64,000 bases of DNA. It comes from Azolla caroliniana. Lineage: Eukaryota > Plantae > Polypodiophyta. The notes under the pieces are model-generated. The model saw only the letters and a program-made list of their open reading frames with translations, was not told the origin of the DNA and made no database searches. The first letter of the stretch is position 1, and each line of letters begins with the position of its first letter. This document shows positions 1 to 11,049 of the stretch, piece after piece. A program made the position numbers and the translations under genes. The stretch is taken from the NCBI GenBank assembly GCA_043228905.1, contig JBHGNT010000010.1, forward strand, positions 15,190,001-15,254,000, written 5' to 3'.

Positions 1-11
1 CTCTGCCGCCT

Positions 12-31
12 GATTCACGTCGGGTTCACCA
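12..31 (-). promoter_or_regulatory. Primer binding site complementary to the 3' end of tRNA-Trp
   Basis: The + strand reads GATTCACGTCGGGTTCACCA, matching the 3'-terminal 20 nt of plant cytosolic tRNA-Trp(CCA) as I recall it, including CCA. It lies 4 nt from the LTR end. Confidence 0.8.
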
Positions 32-35
32 AATA

Positions 36-687
36 TGTCACGTTGTTACGCGCGTGCATGGAGAAACAAGGCGGGACCACCGGGGTCTTGAACCGAAGAG
101 CAGGTGATAGAAGGGGAAAGAGAAAGAGAGAGACGCCCGGTCACGTATGAGCAAAGAGACACAGGGGGGGCACGGCTCGTCAACACAGAAGACGCGAATG
201 GACACAGAGACAAGAAGACACAAGTGTTTGTATATTAACGAATATCAAATACACAACAGAGCACGCGAGCGGTTACAACCGAACAGGCCGGCGAACAGAT
301 GTTGATGCCTGTTCGTCTGCGCACGAAAGGAGAAAAGGGTGGAGGTGCTGCCAGAAGCACACGGGCGTTCCTCGAAGCAACGCGAGCCTCCCGAAACCCT
401 GCAAAGAAGAGCGATGGAGAACGAACAGAGGAAAAGCGTTCGGTTCCGGTCCGACAGCACTTCGTCCTCCTTAATGCGCGATCCCTTTCTCCCTGCGTCT
501 CCCTCTCCTTTATAGCTTCAAGAAGGGAGTCGTCTCCCTCATTTACTTCCTACCTACCAAATCTAACTACCCGGATATGCCTTTGTACTTAATTCCCTAT
601 TATATACATTAAGGGCGCGCACACGTGAAGAGCCGGTTCATGCGCTCTATGCACCGATTGCGCCAAGGGACGGTTTTCTTCACGACA
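36..687 (-). mobile_element. 5' LTR (652 bp) of a third LTR retrotransposon inserted into the RT domain of the outer copia element; its body lies left of the window
   Basis: Termini are TGTCACG(36)...CACGACA(687). The outer copia RT reading (…TPAGIMISQR) breaks off exactly at 688/687, and a PBS lies just inside. Expected TSD is CCGTT (688-692); its partner is outside the window. Confidence 0.8.
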
Positions 688-3600
688 CCGTTGAGAGATC
701 ATGATTCCGGCCGGAGTCCGAATTACCTTGATGTCGAGGAAGTAGTGGAGCTCTTTCATGTCCGTCATCTCGAACTTGTCGGAAAGGAGGGATTTGACCT
801 TATTGATTTCGACGAGATGCTCACCTCCAATGACTAGGTCATCCACATATAAGATGATGATGATCGTACTTGCGGAATCGCTTCGTATGTAGAGGGAGTT
901 GTCCTATTTTGACATACGAAAGCCGATTTGATGAAGATATTGCGTTATCTTCGAATGCCAAGCACGTGGTGCTTGCTTGAGGTCGTAGAGTGGCTTCTTG
1001 AGTCGGCAAACAGCTTTCGGATGGGTGCTCGAGTTGAAACCGGGTGGTTGTATCATGTACACCTCCTCTTCTAATTCGCCTTGTAGAAAGGCGTTCTTGA
1101 CATCCATTTGATGGAGGTGCCACCCTTTTGCCACGGCAAGCGCAATTACGGTCCGCACCATTGTCATCTTTGCCATCGGGGCAAAGGTCTCTTCGTAGTC
1201 GACGCCATGCGTCTGAGCATATCCTTTCGCTACGAGTCGAGCTTTCTAGCGGTTTACGGAGCCATCGGCGTTATACTTCACCTTGTAGATCCATCTGCAT
1301 CCGATCGCCTTTTTGTGTGGTGAGGTGGGAACGAGATCCCACGTCTCGTTCTTCCGTAGTGCCTGCATCTCTTCGTTCATTGCTTCGATCCATCGCGGGT
1401 CCTTCGCAGCTTCCGAAAAGGTTTCCGGCTCCCGTACTGTCGCTACCTTCATCATAAAGGCGTAATGGTACGCCATATAATCGTTGTAGCCGAATCGGCT
1501 TACGGGGTTCTTTTCACGAGTGGATCGGCGGAGTTTTTCATTTGCAGAGATGAAGGCTTTCTTTGCTCCGATTGGTACCTCGAAACCGCCAAACTCACTG
1601 TCGAGTGAGTGAGTTGACTCATCGTCGGTGAAGCGATCGTCTTCGTATTCCGCCATTTTCGCCTTGCCTTTGTCCATCTTCGGGCTAGGCCGTGATGTGC
1701 TTTGATCGCTCAAAGGCTCTTGTGGTCCGCTCAGTCGGGTCGTGATCGGACTTTCTTCGAACATGCGCGTAAGGTGATCTTCATCCTCTATCTCTTGTTC
1801 GGTGGATTCTGGGTCGAGCGGGGTCGGAGTCGAAGTTGTCTCTGGTGCGTACCAGGATGCAAACTCGTCAAAGATGACGTCTCGACTTACCCGAGATTTT
1901 CGAGTTGAGGGGTTGTAGCACTTGTACCCCTTTTGCTCCAGTGAGTATCCTACGAGGATACATTTCTCCGACTTCGGGTCGAGCTTTTGACGCTTCTCGT
2001 CGGGGACGTGCACGTACGCAATGGAGCCGAATATCCTAACATGTGATAGGTTCGGCTTCTTTCCGAAGAATCTTTCGTGCGGAGTGACCTCGTGCACACC
2101 AGATGTTGTGCACCGGTTCATTAGGTAGACGGCCGTATTTGCCGCTTCGGTCTAATATGACTTGGGCATATGCTTCTCTTTCATCATGGCCCGTGCTACT
2201 TCGAGGATGTGCCGATTTTTGTGCTCGGCTACTCCGTTTTGTTGCGGAGTGTGTCGGCAAGTGAATTCTCGCTGAATTCCTTCCTTTCGGAGATACGCCA
2301 TGAAATCGTCCGAGAAGTACTCCTTGCCGCCATCCGATCGAAGGCATCGTACATGTCGGCCCATGGCTTTCTCGACTTCATTCTTGAAATTTTGGAAGTG
2401 TCCGAACACTTCGCTCTTTTGCCGCATCGGGTAGATCCAAGTGTGCCTAGAAAAGTCGTCGATGAAGAGCACGTAATATCGGCATCCGCCAAATGTCGTC
2501 GTTTGAGCCGGACCCCATACATCGGAATGAATTACGTCGAGTATGCCTTTGCTCACATTCCGCTCCTTCGGGAATGGGTGTCGGTGTTGCTTGCCGAATT
2601 GGCACGCTTCGCATACACCTTCAATCTCCTTCTCTTTGAATGTCAGGAGTCCGATAACGACTCCTTTCGATTTCATTGCTTTGAGTTTGTTGAGATTGAT
2701 GTGGCCGATTCGCTTATGCCATAGCTCTATGTCGGAGTCGGCTTTCGTGCTTTTCGCAAACATGGCGGATTTCATCTCGTGTGAATCGAGAATGAACATC
2801 CGGCCCTCTCTTCTTCCGCGTGCGATGATTCGGCCTTCTTTTTCGATGAAGCACCCTTCTTGGTCGAATCGTACTTGCATCCCTTGCTCAACCATTTGGC
2901 CGACCGAGACCAAATTCTTTGTGATGGTGGGTACATGCAAGACATTTTTAATGTATGTTTGCTTACCTCTTTCGCCGAACGGAACATTGCCGACGTGCCG
3001 AATCGGGTGCGTAGTGTCATCTCCAGTTTCGACATAACCGGGTCACTCCGGCTCTCGAAGTTCGAGAAACCATTCTTTGTGGGATGTCATATGGTTTGAG
3101 GCTCCGGAGTCAACAAACCATACATCCTCTGGATTGAGGGCACTAGCTGAGGTAGACGCCGACATAGAGTTTGCCCTATGTTTTATCATAAACATTCCGC
3201 CACGGTCGGAGTTGTATGCGTACATTCCGCCACGATCCTCGTAGTCGGAGTTGTGCCCGTACATTCCGTTATACTCTTCGTAGTCGGAATTGTGCGCGTA
3301 ATTCGTGAGTTGTCGGCTTGTGGAAGCCGATTCACGCATCTTCTTTCAGCACTCTTCTTCGTGGTGGCCGAGCTTTCCGCAATATCCGCATTCGGTTGCG
3401 TTTTGACGGCTCGGGCCGGAGTGGAAGCTCCCCCTTCTTGCGAAGGTTCCTCGTTGGCCTCCGTTTTGTGGCCGAAATTGGGAGTTGTTGTCGTAGGTCG
3501 GACCTCATCCGCCTTGTCCTTGGCCGAATCGGCCTCTCGCTCGTCCGCGTCCTCTTCCTCCATTAGAGTGCGTGTAGAGCATGTGGCCTTCTGACTCATT

Positions 3601-3833
3601 CCTCCTTGTACACACGTGGTTTTCTTCAGCCAATAGCATTGATTGGAGCTCGAAGAAGGAGGGAGATTTCTCCCGTGCTAGAACAGCGGTTCGCATCGCG
3701 CCGAACCGTGGTGCGAGGCCGCCGAGGCATATTTGCACCATTTCATCATCATCTATACTTACGCTTATTGAGCCGAGCGAGTCGCAAAGCTCCTTGATCT
3801 TCAAGGTGTATGTTGTGATGGACATGTCCCTTT
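688..3833 (-). pseudogene. Outer copia gag-pol, 3' part (gag C-terminus, PR, IN, RT N-terminus)
   Basis: ORF pieces 3505-3846, 3043-3339, 2152-2940, 1246-2121, 904-1176 and 589-846 are all in one frame. They are separated by in-frame stops at 3505, 3346, 3043, 2152, 1246 and 904. Confidence 0.9.
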
Positions 3834-4445
3834 TGTTGGGAATCAACGCTTGGATTCACCTTCTTCGCTCGGCCACAACCGAGTAATTGCGGATCAATGC
3901 AGCAGAAAATAGAAACCAAAGAGAGAAACACACGAGTACACAGGGATTAACGTGGAAAACCCTAAACGGGAAAAACCACGGGAGTACAAGTCTCCAAACC
4001 AACGCTATACAGAGAAGTATACAATGACGAGCTCCAAGGCGACGACCTTGAGCTCGCTGTCCTCGCCACAGGCGGCGGAAATACACAGAGGCGTCTACCT
4101 CTTCCTCTCTCGCGCTCTATCTCTCTCTCTCTCTCTCACGGCTGCTCCCTCTTCACTCCTCTTGAGTGGAAAAACAGAAAAAAATGATCAGCAACACTAA
4201 AACAGTTTGCCCTAAGTCATATTTATACACATATGACTTTGGGGCTATTTACAACTGTGGCCTCAGGGGCCCATGGCGAACATATTCACGGATATGTCCC
4301 TGCATCCGGATCGCTCTCCGGGTACATTCGTCATCCGGCACCGAAGCCGGGGTCTTCGTCATCCGGATCCGAAACCGAAACCGGGCTTGTCGGCATTCAT
4401 CTCCGACATCCGACCATCCCATCCGAAGGGACCGTAATCCCAACA
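3834..4445 (-). repeat. 3' LTR of the young copia element
   Basis: Direct repeat of 8559-9170; I find three substitutions. Confidence 0.97.
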
Positions 4446-4455
4446 AACTCCCCCT

Positions 4456-7400
4456 TCACTTCGGCATGGGATGTCTCTCCAATCCGATCCTCTTCCGGCA
4501 TGCTTCCAGCTTGTCGGGTGTGAGGACCTTGGTCAGCATATCCGACCCGTTCTCGTCCGTGTGGATCTTTGTCAGCACGAACTCCTTGTCTTCTATCCTT
4601 TCCCGGATCCAGTGATATCTTCGCTGGATGTGCTTCGTCCGGGAGTGATAGGCCGCGTTCTTCGCAAGGTGGATTGCACTCTGACTGTCGCAGTAGAGTC
4701 GGTACTCCTCCTGCCGGATACCGAGCTCTCTAATGAAGTCCTTCATCCATATTATTTCCTTGCCGGCTTCAACAGCTGCCATGTACTCCGCCTCCGTGGT
4801 TGACAACGCAACCGTCTTCTGCAGCCTCGACTGCCACGAAACAGCTCCCCCTGCATACGTCATCACATACCCTGATGTGGACCGGCTGGTATCTGTATCA
4901 GCCGACATATCCGAATCGGTGAAACCGTCGAGTTCGGGTTTACCGGAGCCGAATCGGAGGCACACATTCGTTGTGCCCTTCAGGTATCGGAGTATCCACT
5001 TGACCGCGTTCCAATGCTCTTTGCCGGGATTGCTCATGTACCGGCTCACCACTCCGACTGCATATCCGATGTCCGGTCTCGTACACACCATGGCGTACAT
5101 CAAGCTCCCGACGGCTGAGGCATACGGCACTTTCATCATATCCTCCTTTTCAGCCTTTGTCTTGGGACTTTGCTTGCTGGACAGCTTGCAGTTTGCCGGG
5201 AGGGTCGATCCGACCGGTCTTGCTTCCGACATGTTGAACCGGTGAAGCACCTTCGTCACGTACTTCTCCTGTGACAGCCACAACTGCTTCTTCTTCCGGT
5301 CCCGGATGATGTGCATCCCTAGTATTTGCCTCGCCGGACCCAGGTCCTTCATTGAGAAGGTTCGGTGAAGAGCCTTCTTCAGCATCCGTATCTTGACCTG
5401 GTCCCGTCCGACGATCAACATGTCGTCCACGTACAGGAGGAGTATTAGAAAGTCTCCTCCTTCGAACTTCTTCACAAACACGCAGTGGTCGGACTGCGTT
5501 TTGAGGTACCCTTCGTCGGTCATGAAGGAGTCGAACTTCCGGTACCATTGCCGGGGGGCCTGCTTCAGTCCGTAGAGGCTCTTCTTCAACCGGCATACCA
5601 GGTGCTCCTTCCCTTTCTTCTCGAATCCTTCCGGTTGCTGCATGTAGATCTCTTCTTCAAGGTCACCGTGAAGGAATGCCGTCTTCACGTCCATCTGTTC
5701 TACCTCGAGGTCCATGCTTGCCGCTATGCTCAGCACCGTCCGGATGGAGGTCATCTTCACTACCGGGGCAAATATCTCGTCGAAATCGACGCCCTTCTTC
5801 TGCTGAAACCCCTTCACCACGATCCTGGCTTTGTATCTCGGGGGGTTTCCGGCATCTCCCGGTTTCAGCTTGAACACCCACTTGTTTTGAAGTGCCCGCT
5901 TTCCTTTCGGCAACTCCACAAGTTCATATGTGTGGTTCTCATGCAGGGAATCCATCTCGTCCTGCATGGCACTCAACCACCTGCGGCTCTGGGTGTCATG
6001 CTTTGCTTCTTCAAAGCTCTCCGGCTCCCCTTCGTCGGTTAGCAGCACGTGCTCTGGATCCGGAAATCTCCGGGGGGCCCTCCTCTCTCTTAGAGGATAT
6101 CTCCGTTCCGGAGCTTCGGTAACCGGTTCTTCCGATTCTTCTTCATCCGAATCCATTTCGGGATCGGGGCCGGTTCCGGTATCGTTTTCATCTTCTTCGG
6201 CCGGTTCTGTTTCTTCACCGTCTTCGGCCGGATCCTCGAGTGCTAACCGGTCCCTTGCCGGTCGGGACTGCTCCTTGTAGAGTTGATCCTCACCGGTCGA
6301 CTTGGAGCTCTTTACCTTCTTCTCCGACTCCCAGTCGGCGAGTGTCTTGTCCTCCATGAAGATGATGTCTCGACTCCTGAATATCTTCTTGTCGACCGGG
6401 TCCCATACTCGGTAGCCGAACTCGTTGTCGCCGTAACCGAGGAATATGCATGGCCGGGTCTTTGGATCTAGCTTTCCTCTCCGGTCCTTTGCCACATGCA
6501 CGTATGCGAGACACCCGAACACCTTCAGATGCCGGTAGGACACTTCCTTACCGGTCCACACTTTCTGCGGCGTGTCTCCGTCCAAAGGTACTGAGGGTGA
6601 TCTGTTTATCACGTATGTCGCCGTCGACATTGCCTCAGCCCAAAACCCCTTGGGTAATTTCGCATGCGCCAGCATACTCCGGACCCTCTCCATTATGGTC
6701 CGGTTCATCCTCTCGGCCAGCCCGTTCAGTTCCGGCGTCTTCGGCACAGTAAACTCGAGCCGGATTCCCTTCGAGCGACAGTACTCCTGGAACTGCCCCC
6801 GGTATTCCCCTCCGTTATCCGCTCGTATCGCTTTCAGCTTCTTGTCGGATTCCCTTTCCACTCTCGCGTGGAGTTCTTTGAAGACGCACAACACTTGGTC
6901 CTTTGTCTTCAACGGTGCCGTCCACAGCTTCCGGCTGTGATCATCGATGAATGTTACGAAGTACTGGGCTCCGCCATGTGACTTCGTCTCTACCTGACAC
7001 ACGTCAGTGTGCACCAACTCCAATGGTGCGCTACGTCTCGTCGGTGGCCTTGAGTGGAAGGAGGTTCGGTTCTGCTTACCGGCCAGGCAATCGGTGCACT
7101 TCTCCAGGTGCACATGCTTCACTGGGATGAGGTTGTCTTCTGCAAGCCTCTTCATCCCCTTCTCACTCATGTGGCACAGTCTTTTGTGCCACAGCTCACC
7201 GGCAGTGTCGGCTGCCACATTCAACTCTTCCGGACATAACCGGGCATTCATCAGGTACAGTGTGTTGTCTTTCCGGGCCCGAGCCACTATCAGGTTCCCC
7301 TTGCTGAACTTCATTACGCCGTTCTGGATGCTACCTGTGTAGCCTTCATCGTCTAGCCTCCCGGCCGAAATCAGGTTCAATCGAACCTCCGGAACGTGTC

Positions 7401-8529
7401 GGACATTCTTCAGCAGCATTTTGCATCCGGTCGGGGTTGTCAACCACACGTCTCCTATGCCGGCAATCCGGCACGTACCTTCGTTTCCCATCCGAACACA
7501 GCCATGCTCGCCGGCTGTGTAGGATGAGAAGTATCTTCTCTCCGGGGTCAGGTGGAACGATGCTCCGGAATCGACCACCCAGGTCGTCTCATCGCCGGCA
7601 ATGTTTAGTTCACCTTCTTCGGTGATGAGCATGATCTCCTCTTCACTTGCCGCGAGTGCCGTCGTTCCTTTCCGGTCCTGTCCTCGCCGATCCGAACCAT
7701 TCTGGTCCGTGGCTCCCCGGTATGCACCGTTTCTCTCCGGTGACTTCTTCGAATCGGTGTTGTCGGTTCCATTGTCTTTTCGGTAATGCCGACAATTCTT
7801 TCGGAAGTGCCTCGGCTTCCCACAGTGGAAGCATGTGGGCCTTCCTCTTGACTGCGACCGGGTCCCCGACTTCTCCCGTCTTTGCGGACTCCGGTTCCAT
7901 TGTCTTCCCCGATCCGATTCGGTAAACAGCATCTTCGGGTCGGAGGCCGGTTCCTTATCTCTCCGACGCGCTTCTTCATTCAGAATACTTGTCTTTACAG
8001 TTTGTAAGGACAAGTTATCTTCGGTGCACGAGGTGCTGAGAGTCACCACCAAGTTCTCCCAGCTTTCCGGCAATGTACACATCAGGATGATGGCTTGCAT
8101 TGCATCCTCCAACGGGAACTTGATCGCCGCAAGCTGATTCACGAATCCCATGAACGTGCTTACGTGTTCCACCATACTCTCGCCGTCCCGGTACTTGAGA
8201 TTCACTATCTTCCTCATCAGGGAGGTCCGGTTCAACGCATTCTTCCTCTCGTAGAGGCCCGACAGCTTCTTCCACATCTCATATGCGTTGGTGTCGTTTG
8301 CCACATGTTGTAGGACGCTCACGTCGACGTATTGCCGAATGGTTGCAACGGCTTTCCGGTTCAGAAGCCTCCATTCCGACTCAAGTACCCCTTTCGGTAT
8401 TTCCGACCTGTCAATCGGTTCGTACAGGTCCCGAACAATCAGAAGATCCTCCATCTTGATCTTCCAGTCGGCGTAATTCTGCGCATTCAGCACCATCATC
8501 CCCGGCTGCCCGCTGCCGCCGCCTTCCAT
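4456..8529 (-). CDS. Copia gag-pol polyprotein (about 1357 aa from ATG 8529), Tnt1-like
   Basis: Motifs: NYADWKIKMEDLL; knuckle CFHCGKPRHFRKNC; PR WVVDSGAS; IN WHKRLCH/CTDC/HTDVC/RADNGGEY/NGLAERMNRT; RT QMDVKTAFLHG, LYGLKQAPRQW, YVDDML; RNase H FTDSD…TEAEY…CDSQSAI. No stops. Confidence 0.97.
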   Translation of the reverse strand: MEGGGSGQPGMMVLNAQNYADWKIKMEDLLIVRDLYEPIDRSEIPKGVLESEWRLLNRKAVATIRQYVDVSVLQHVANDTNAYEMWKKLSGLYERKNALNRTSLMRKIVNLKYRDGESMVEHVSTFMGFVNQLAAIKFPLEDAMQAIILMCTLPESWENLVVTLSTSCTEDNLSLQTVKTSILNEEARRRDKEPASDPKMLFTESDRGRQWNRSPQRREKSGTRSQSRGRPTCFHCGKPRHFRKNCRHYRKDNGTDNTDSKKSPERNGAYRGATDQNGSDRRGQDRKGTTALAASEEEIMLITEEGELNIAGDETTWVVDSGASFHLTPERRYFSSYTAGEHGCVRMGNEGTCRIAGIGDVWLTTPTGCKMLLKNVRHVPEVRLNLISAGRLDDEGYTGSIQNGVMKFSKGNLIVARARKDNTLYLMNARLCPEELNVAADTAGELWHKRLCHMSEKGMKRLAEDNLIPVKHVHLEKCTDCLAGKQNRTSFHSRPPTRRSAPLELVHTDVCQVETKSHGGAQYFVTFIDDHSRKLWTAPLKTKDQVLCVFKELHARVERESDKKLKAIRADNGGEYRGQFQEYCRSKGIRLEFTVPKTPELNGLAERMNRTIMERVRSMLAHAKLPKGFWAEAMSTATYVINRSPSVPLDGDTPQKVWTGKEVSYRHLKVFGCLAYVHVAKDRRGKLDPKTRPCIFLGYGDNEFGYRVWDPVDKKIFRSRDIIFMEDKTLADWESEKKVKSSKSTGEDQLYKEQSRPARDRLALEDPAEDGEETEPAEEDENDTGTGPDPEMDSDEEESEEPVTEAPERRYPLRERRAPRRFPDPEHVLLTDEGEPESFEEAKHDTQSRRWLSAMQDEMDSLHENHTYELVELPKGKRALQNKWVFKLKPGDAGNPPRYKARIVVKGFQQKKGVDFDEIFAPVVKMTSIRTVLSIAASMDLEVEQMDVKTAFLHGDLEEEIYMQQPEGFEKKGKEHLVCRLKKSLYGLKQAPRQWYRKFDSFMTDEGYLKTQSDHCVFVKKFEGGDFLILLLYVDDMLIVGRDQVKIRMLKKALHRTFSMKDLGPARQILGMHIIRDRKKKQLWLSQEKYVTKVLHRFNMSEARPVGSTLPANCKLSSKQSPKTKAEKEDMMKVPYASAVGSLMYAMVCTRPDIGYAVGVVSRYMSNPGKEHWNAVKWILRYLKGTTNVCLRFGSGKPELDGFTDSDMSADTDTSRSTSGYVMTYAGGAVSWQSRLQKTVALSTTEAEYMAAVEAGKEIIWMKDFIRELGIRQEEYRLYCDSQSAIHLAKNAAYHSRTKHIQRRYHWIRERIEDKEFVLTKIHTDENGSDMLTKVLTPDKLEACRKRIGLERHPMPK

Positions 8530-8558
8530 TTTCTGCAACAGTCGCTCTGATACCAGTT

Positions 8559-9170
8559 TGTTGGGAATCAACGCTTGGATTCACCTTCTTCGCTCGGCCA
8601 CAACCGAGTAATCGCGGATCAATGCAGCAGAAAATAGAAACCAAAGAGAGAAACACACGAGTACACAGGGATTAACGTGGAAAACCCTAAACGGGAAAAA
8701 CCACGGGAGTACAAGTCTCCAAACCAACGCTATACAGAGAAGTATACAATGACGAGCTCCAAGGCGACGACCTTGAGCTCGTTGTCCTCGCCACAGGCGG
8801 CGGAAATACACAGAGGCGTCTACCTCTTCCTCTCTCGCGCTCTATCTCTCTCTCTCTCTCTCACGGCTGCTCCCTCTTCACTCCTCTTGAGTGGAAAAAC
8901 AGAAAAAAATGATCAGCAACAGTAAAACAGTTTGCCCTAAGTCATATTTATACACATATGACTTTGGGGCTATTTACAACTGTGGCCTCAGGGGCCCATG
9001 GCGAACATATTCACGGATATGTCCCTGCATCCGGATCGCTCTCCGGGTACATTCGTCATCCGGCACCGAAGCCGGGGTCTTCGTCATCCGGATCCGAAAC
9101 CGAAACCGGGCTTGTCGGCATTCATCTCCGACATCCGACCATCCCATCCGAAGGGACCGTAATCCCAACA
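8559..9170 (-). repeat. 5' LTR of the young copia element
   Basis: Direct repeat of 3834-4445, followed on the minus strand by AAC and PBS TGGTATCAGAGC. Confidence 0.97.
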
Positions 9171-9512
9171 CCTTTGTTGAATGTTGTTCAACTCTTGGCG
9201 GAGTTGAAGCTTCCTCGCGGTCGTGTTGGCGGCGAAAATCTTTCGTAGATTTTCCTGCGTTTCCTTCGGCATCTTGGCTTCTTGAATGTAACCGAGCATG
9301 TGGTCGTGAACACATGTCGCCAAACAATACATCACACGGCTTGCGGCTTGCTCCCATGTCGCGTATCCGGGAGCCGCTTCGGCGGGTCGATCTTCATGCG
9401 CTCCTTTGATGTAGCTCCAATAGCCTTGTCCGACAAGGTATTGGTGCATCTTGTACTCCCAAGATGCGAAGTTGTTTCGATCCAATTTCTCAGTAGGGAG
9501 AGCACTCCCCAT
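9171..9512 (-). pseudogene. Outer copia gag, N-terminal part
   Basis: ORF 9084-9524 ends …RQELNNIQQR. It rejoins in frame with DMSITTYTLKIKELCD (≤3828) once the inner element and one CCTTT copy are removed. Confidence 0.9.
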
Positions 9513-9683
9513 TTGACTATTCATTATGTCGATTCTTCTTCTTCTTCTTCTCTCTTCGAATGCGAGCTATGTAGCAAAGCTACGATAGCGATGAGCCGGT
9601 TCTTGGTTGTCGGCGTAGAGCACAACACACGATCACGATGAGGCGAATGGGCTAGATCGAGCTACCAAATCGCTCTGATACCA

Positions 9684-10054
9684 TGTAAAGAATCAAGAGA
9701 TGGATTCTTGTGAAGCGGAATAGGTGTGAACTGTGTGTGTATGAGATAGAGAGAGAGAGACACATAGAGTATACACAAGGTTAAGTATATTAACAAAGGA
9801 GAAAGACTCAACATTATACAAGATGGTAGGAGGGTGCTTTATGTAGTCACCCTCTCTCTTCATTAACTACAAGGTTGATGGAGCATGGGGAATGTGAAAG
9901 CTCATAAGTTATGTGTCATAGAATATGATTCTATGACTCATACTAAATGTTAGAATACAAGTGGTGACATAATGGTGACTCTTGACCGTTGGAGTGTCTC
10001 TTCACTCTCAAGGTGAGTTCACACACTAGACCAAGTTGAGCTTGATTCTCAACA
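9684..10054 (-). repeat. 5' LTR (371 bp) of the outer copia element
   Basis: Terminal inverted repeat TGTAAAGAATCAAG…CTTGATTCTCAACA, immediately adjacent to PBS TGGTATCAGAGC (minus strand, 9672-9683). Confidence 0.88.
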
Positions 10055-10510
10055 TTAGTACTAAACAGCCAAGACCGACATGCCTATTTGTTTGGTTATG
10101 GAAAGCTTAAGTCAAGTGGACTCAAAAAGTACAATGCAATTAACCAATGTTAGTACTAATACAAGTTATACAACTAAACATTTAAGACCCTTCGTACTAA
10201 ATAATCAATGCTAAATCAATTGATCACGAAGGAATACAATGGAATAAGTATTGTTAGTACTTAATCAACATCTTAGGATCTTAAAGGAATAGTATTGAAC
10301 CACCTGGACATGCATATTTCTGATGGTAATGAACAATGTTAGTACTAAACAGCCAAGACCGACATGCCTATTTATTCGATCATGCAAAGCCTAAGTCAAG
10401 TGGACAAAAAAAGTACAATGCAATAAACAATGTTAGTACTAATACAAGTTATACAACTAAACATTTAAGACCTTTAGTACTAAATAATCTGCACTAAATC
10501 GATTGATCAT
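10055..10510. repeat. Degenerate tandem repeat (~284-bp unit with recurring TGTTAGTACTAA motif)
   Basis: TTAGTACTAAACAGCCAAGACCGACATGCCTATTT at 10055 and ~10339; TGTTAGTACTAATACAAGTTATACAACTAAACATTTAAGACC at ~10148 and ~10431. Confidence 0.8.
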
Positions 10511-11049
10511 CCTGGATCCAACTGTAAGAACAGAACCAAAAGTAAAATTATAAAATCATAGTATAAAAATTGCATAATGCTTAATCACATACCATATGAG
10601 TGTACTTTCAAACCCCAAGCTAGGTACCATTCGGCTCCAACTATACTTTTACAGTCCAAACATATATTTTCTTTCTCGAAATGGTATTTAGCACATAACA
10701 AATTATATGTGTGCAAGCATGGTGTAATGATAGCATCCATAAACTCAAGCTTGAATCCAAGGCCACAAAATAAACGCCTTCAGTAACGAGACACAACATA
10801 CACTATATTAGCACCAATGATATTTTATACCATAGAAGGTCAAAAAGGAGAAATATAAACCATTACCGTGATATAGTAATGTTTCTAATTGTACTTTCCA
10901 TGCAAGCGGGGTGCTCAACTACGTCTGGACATAGAGTATTTACACCTTTTTCTTTTAGACCCTTCATCAAACATGTTAGATTCTCTGAATGCAGCTTTAA
11001 GGCTTATAATTGCTCATCAATTTCATTATGAGAAAACAACCATGTCTCT

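Larger units (their letters stand above)
3834..9170 (-). mobile_element. Intact, very young Ty1/copia LTR retrotransposon (5337 bp)
   Basis: Two 612-bp LTRs (TGTTGGG…CCCAACA) and a 5-bp TSD CCTTT (3829-3833, 9171-9175). iMet PBS at 8544-8555, PPT at 4446-4460, and an uninterrupted polyprotein. Confidence 0.98.
688..10054 (-). mobile_element. Outer Ty1/copia retrotransposon (older, inactivated), interrupted by two younger LTR elements
   Basis: 5' LTR 9684-10054 and iMet PBS 9672-9683. Gag (MGSALPTEKLDRNNFASWEYKMHQYL…), zinc knuckle CGYCGKLGHHEEEC, protease WFVDSGAS, integrase WHKRIGH…CEAC…HSDVWGP…RSDGGKEY…QNGVAE, and RT HQMDVKNAFL…YVDDL occur in copia order. Confidence 0.95.

Noticed and set aside
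12-31. tRNA-Trp gene
   Set aside because: Only the 3' 20 nt including encoded CCA match and upstream bases do not continue the tRNA; it is a PBS.
4471-8550. Many plus-strand and alternative-frame ORFs over the copia polyprotein
   Set aside because: Shadow ORFs of a GC-rich coding region with no independent motifs.
8530-8571. N-terminal extension of the 1371-aa ORF (start at 8571)
   Set aside because: It starts at a non-ATG codon inside the LTR and runs through the PBS; the real start is ATG 8529.
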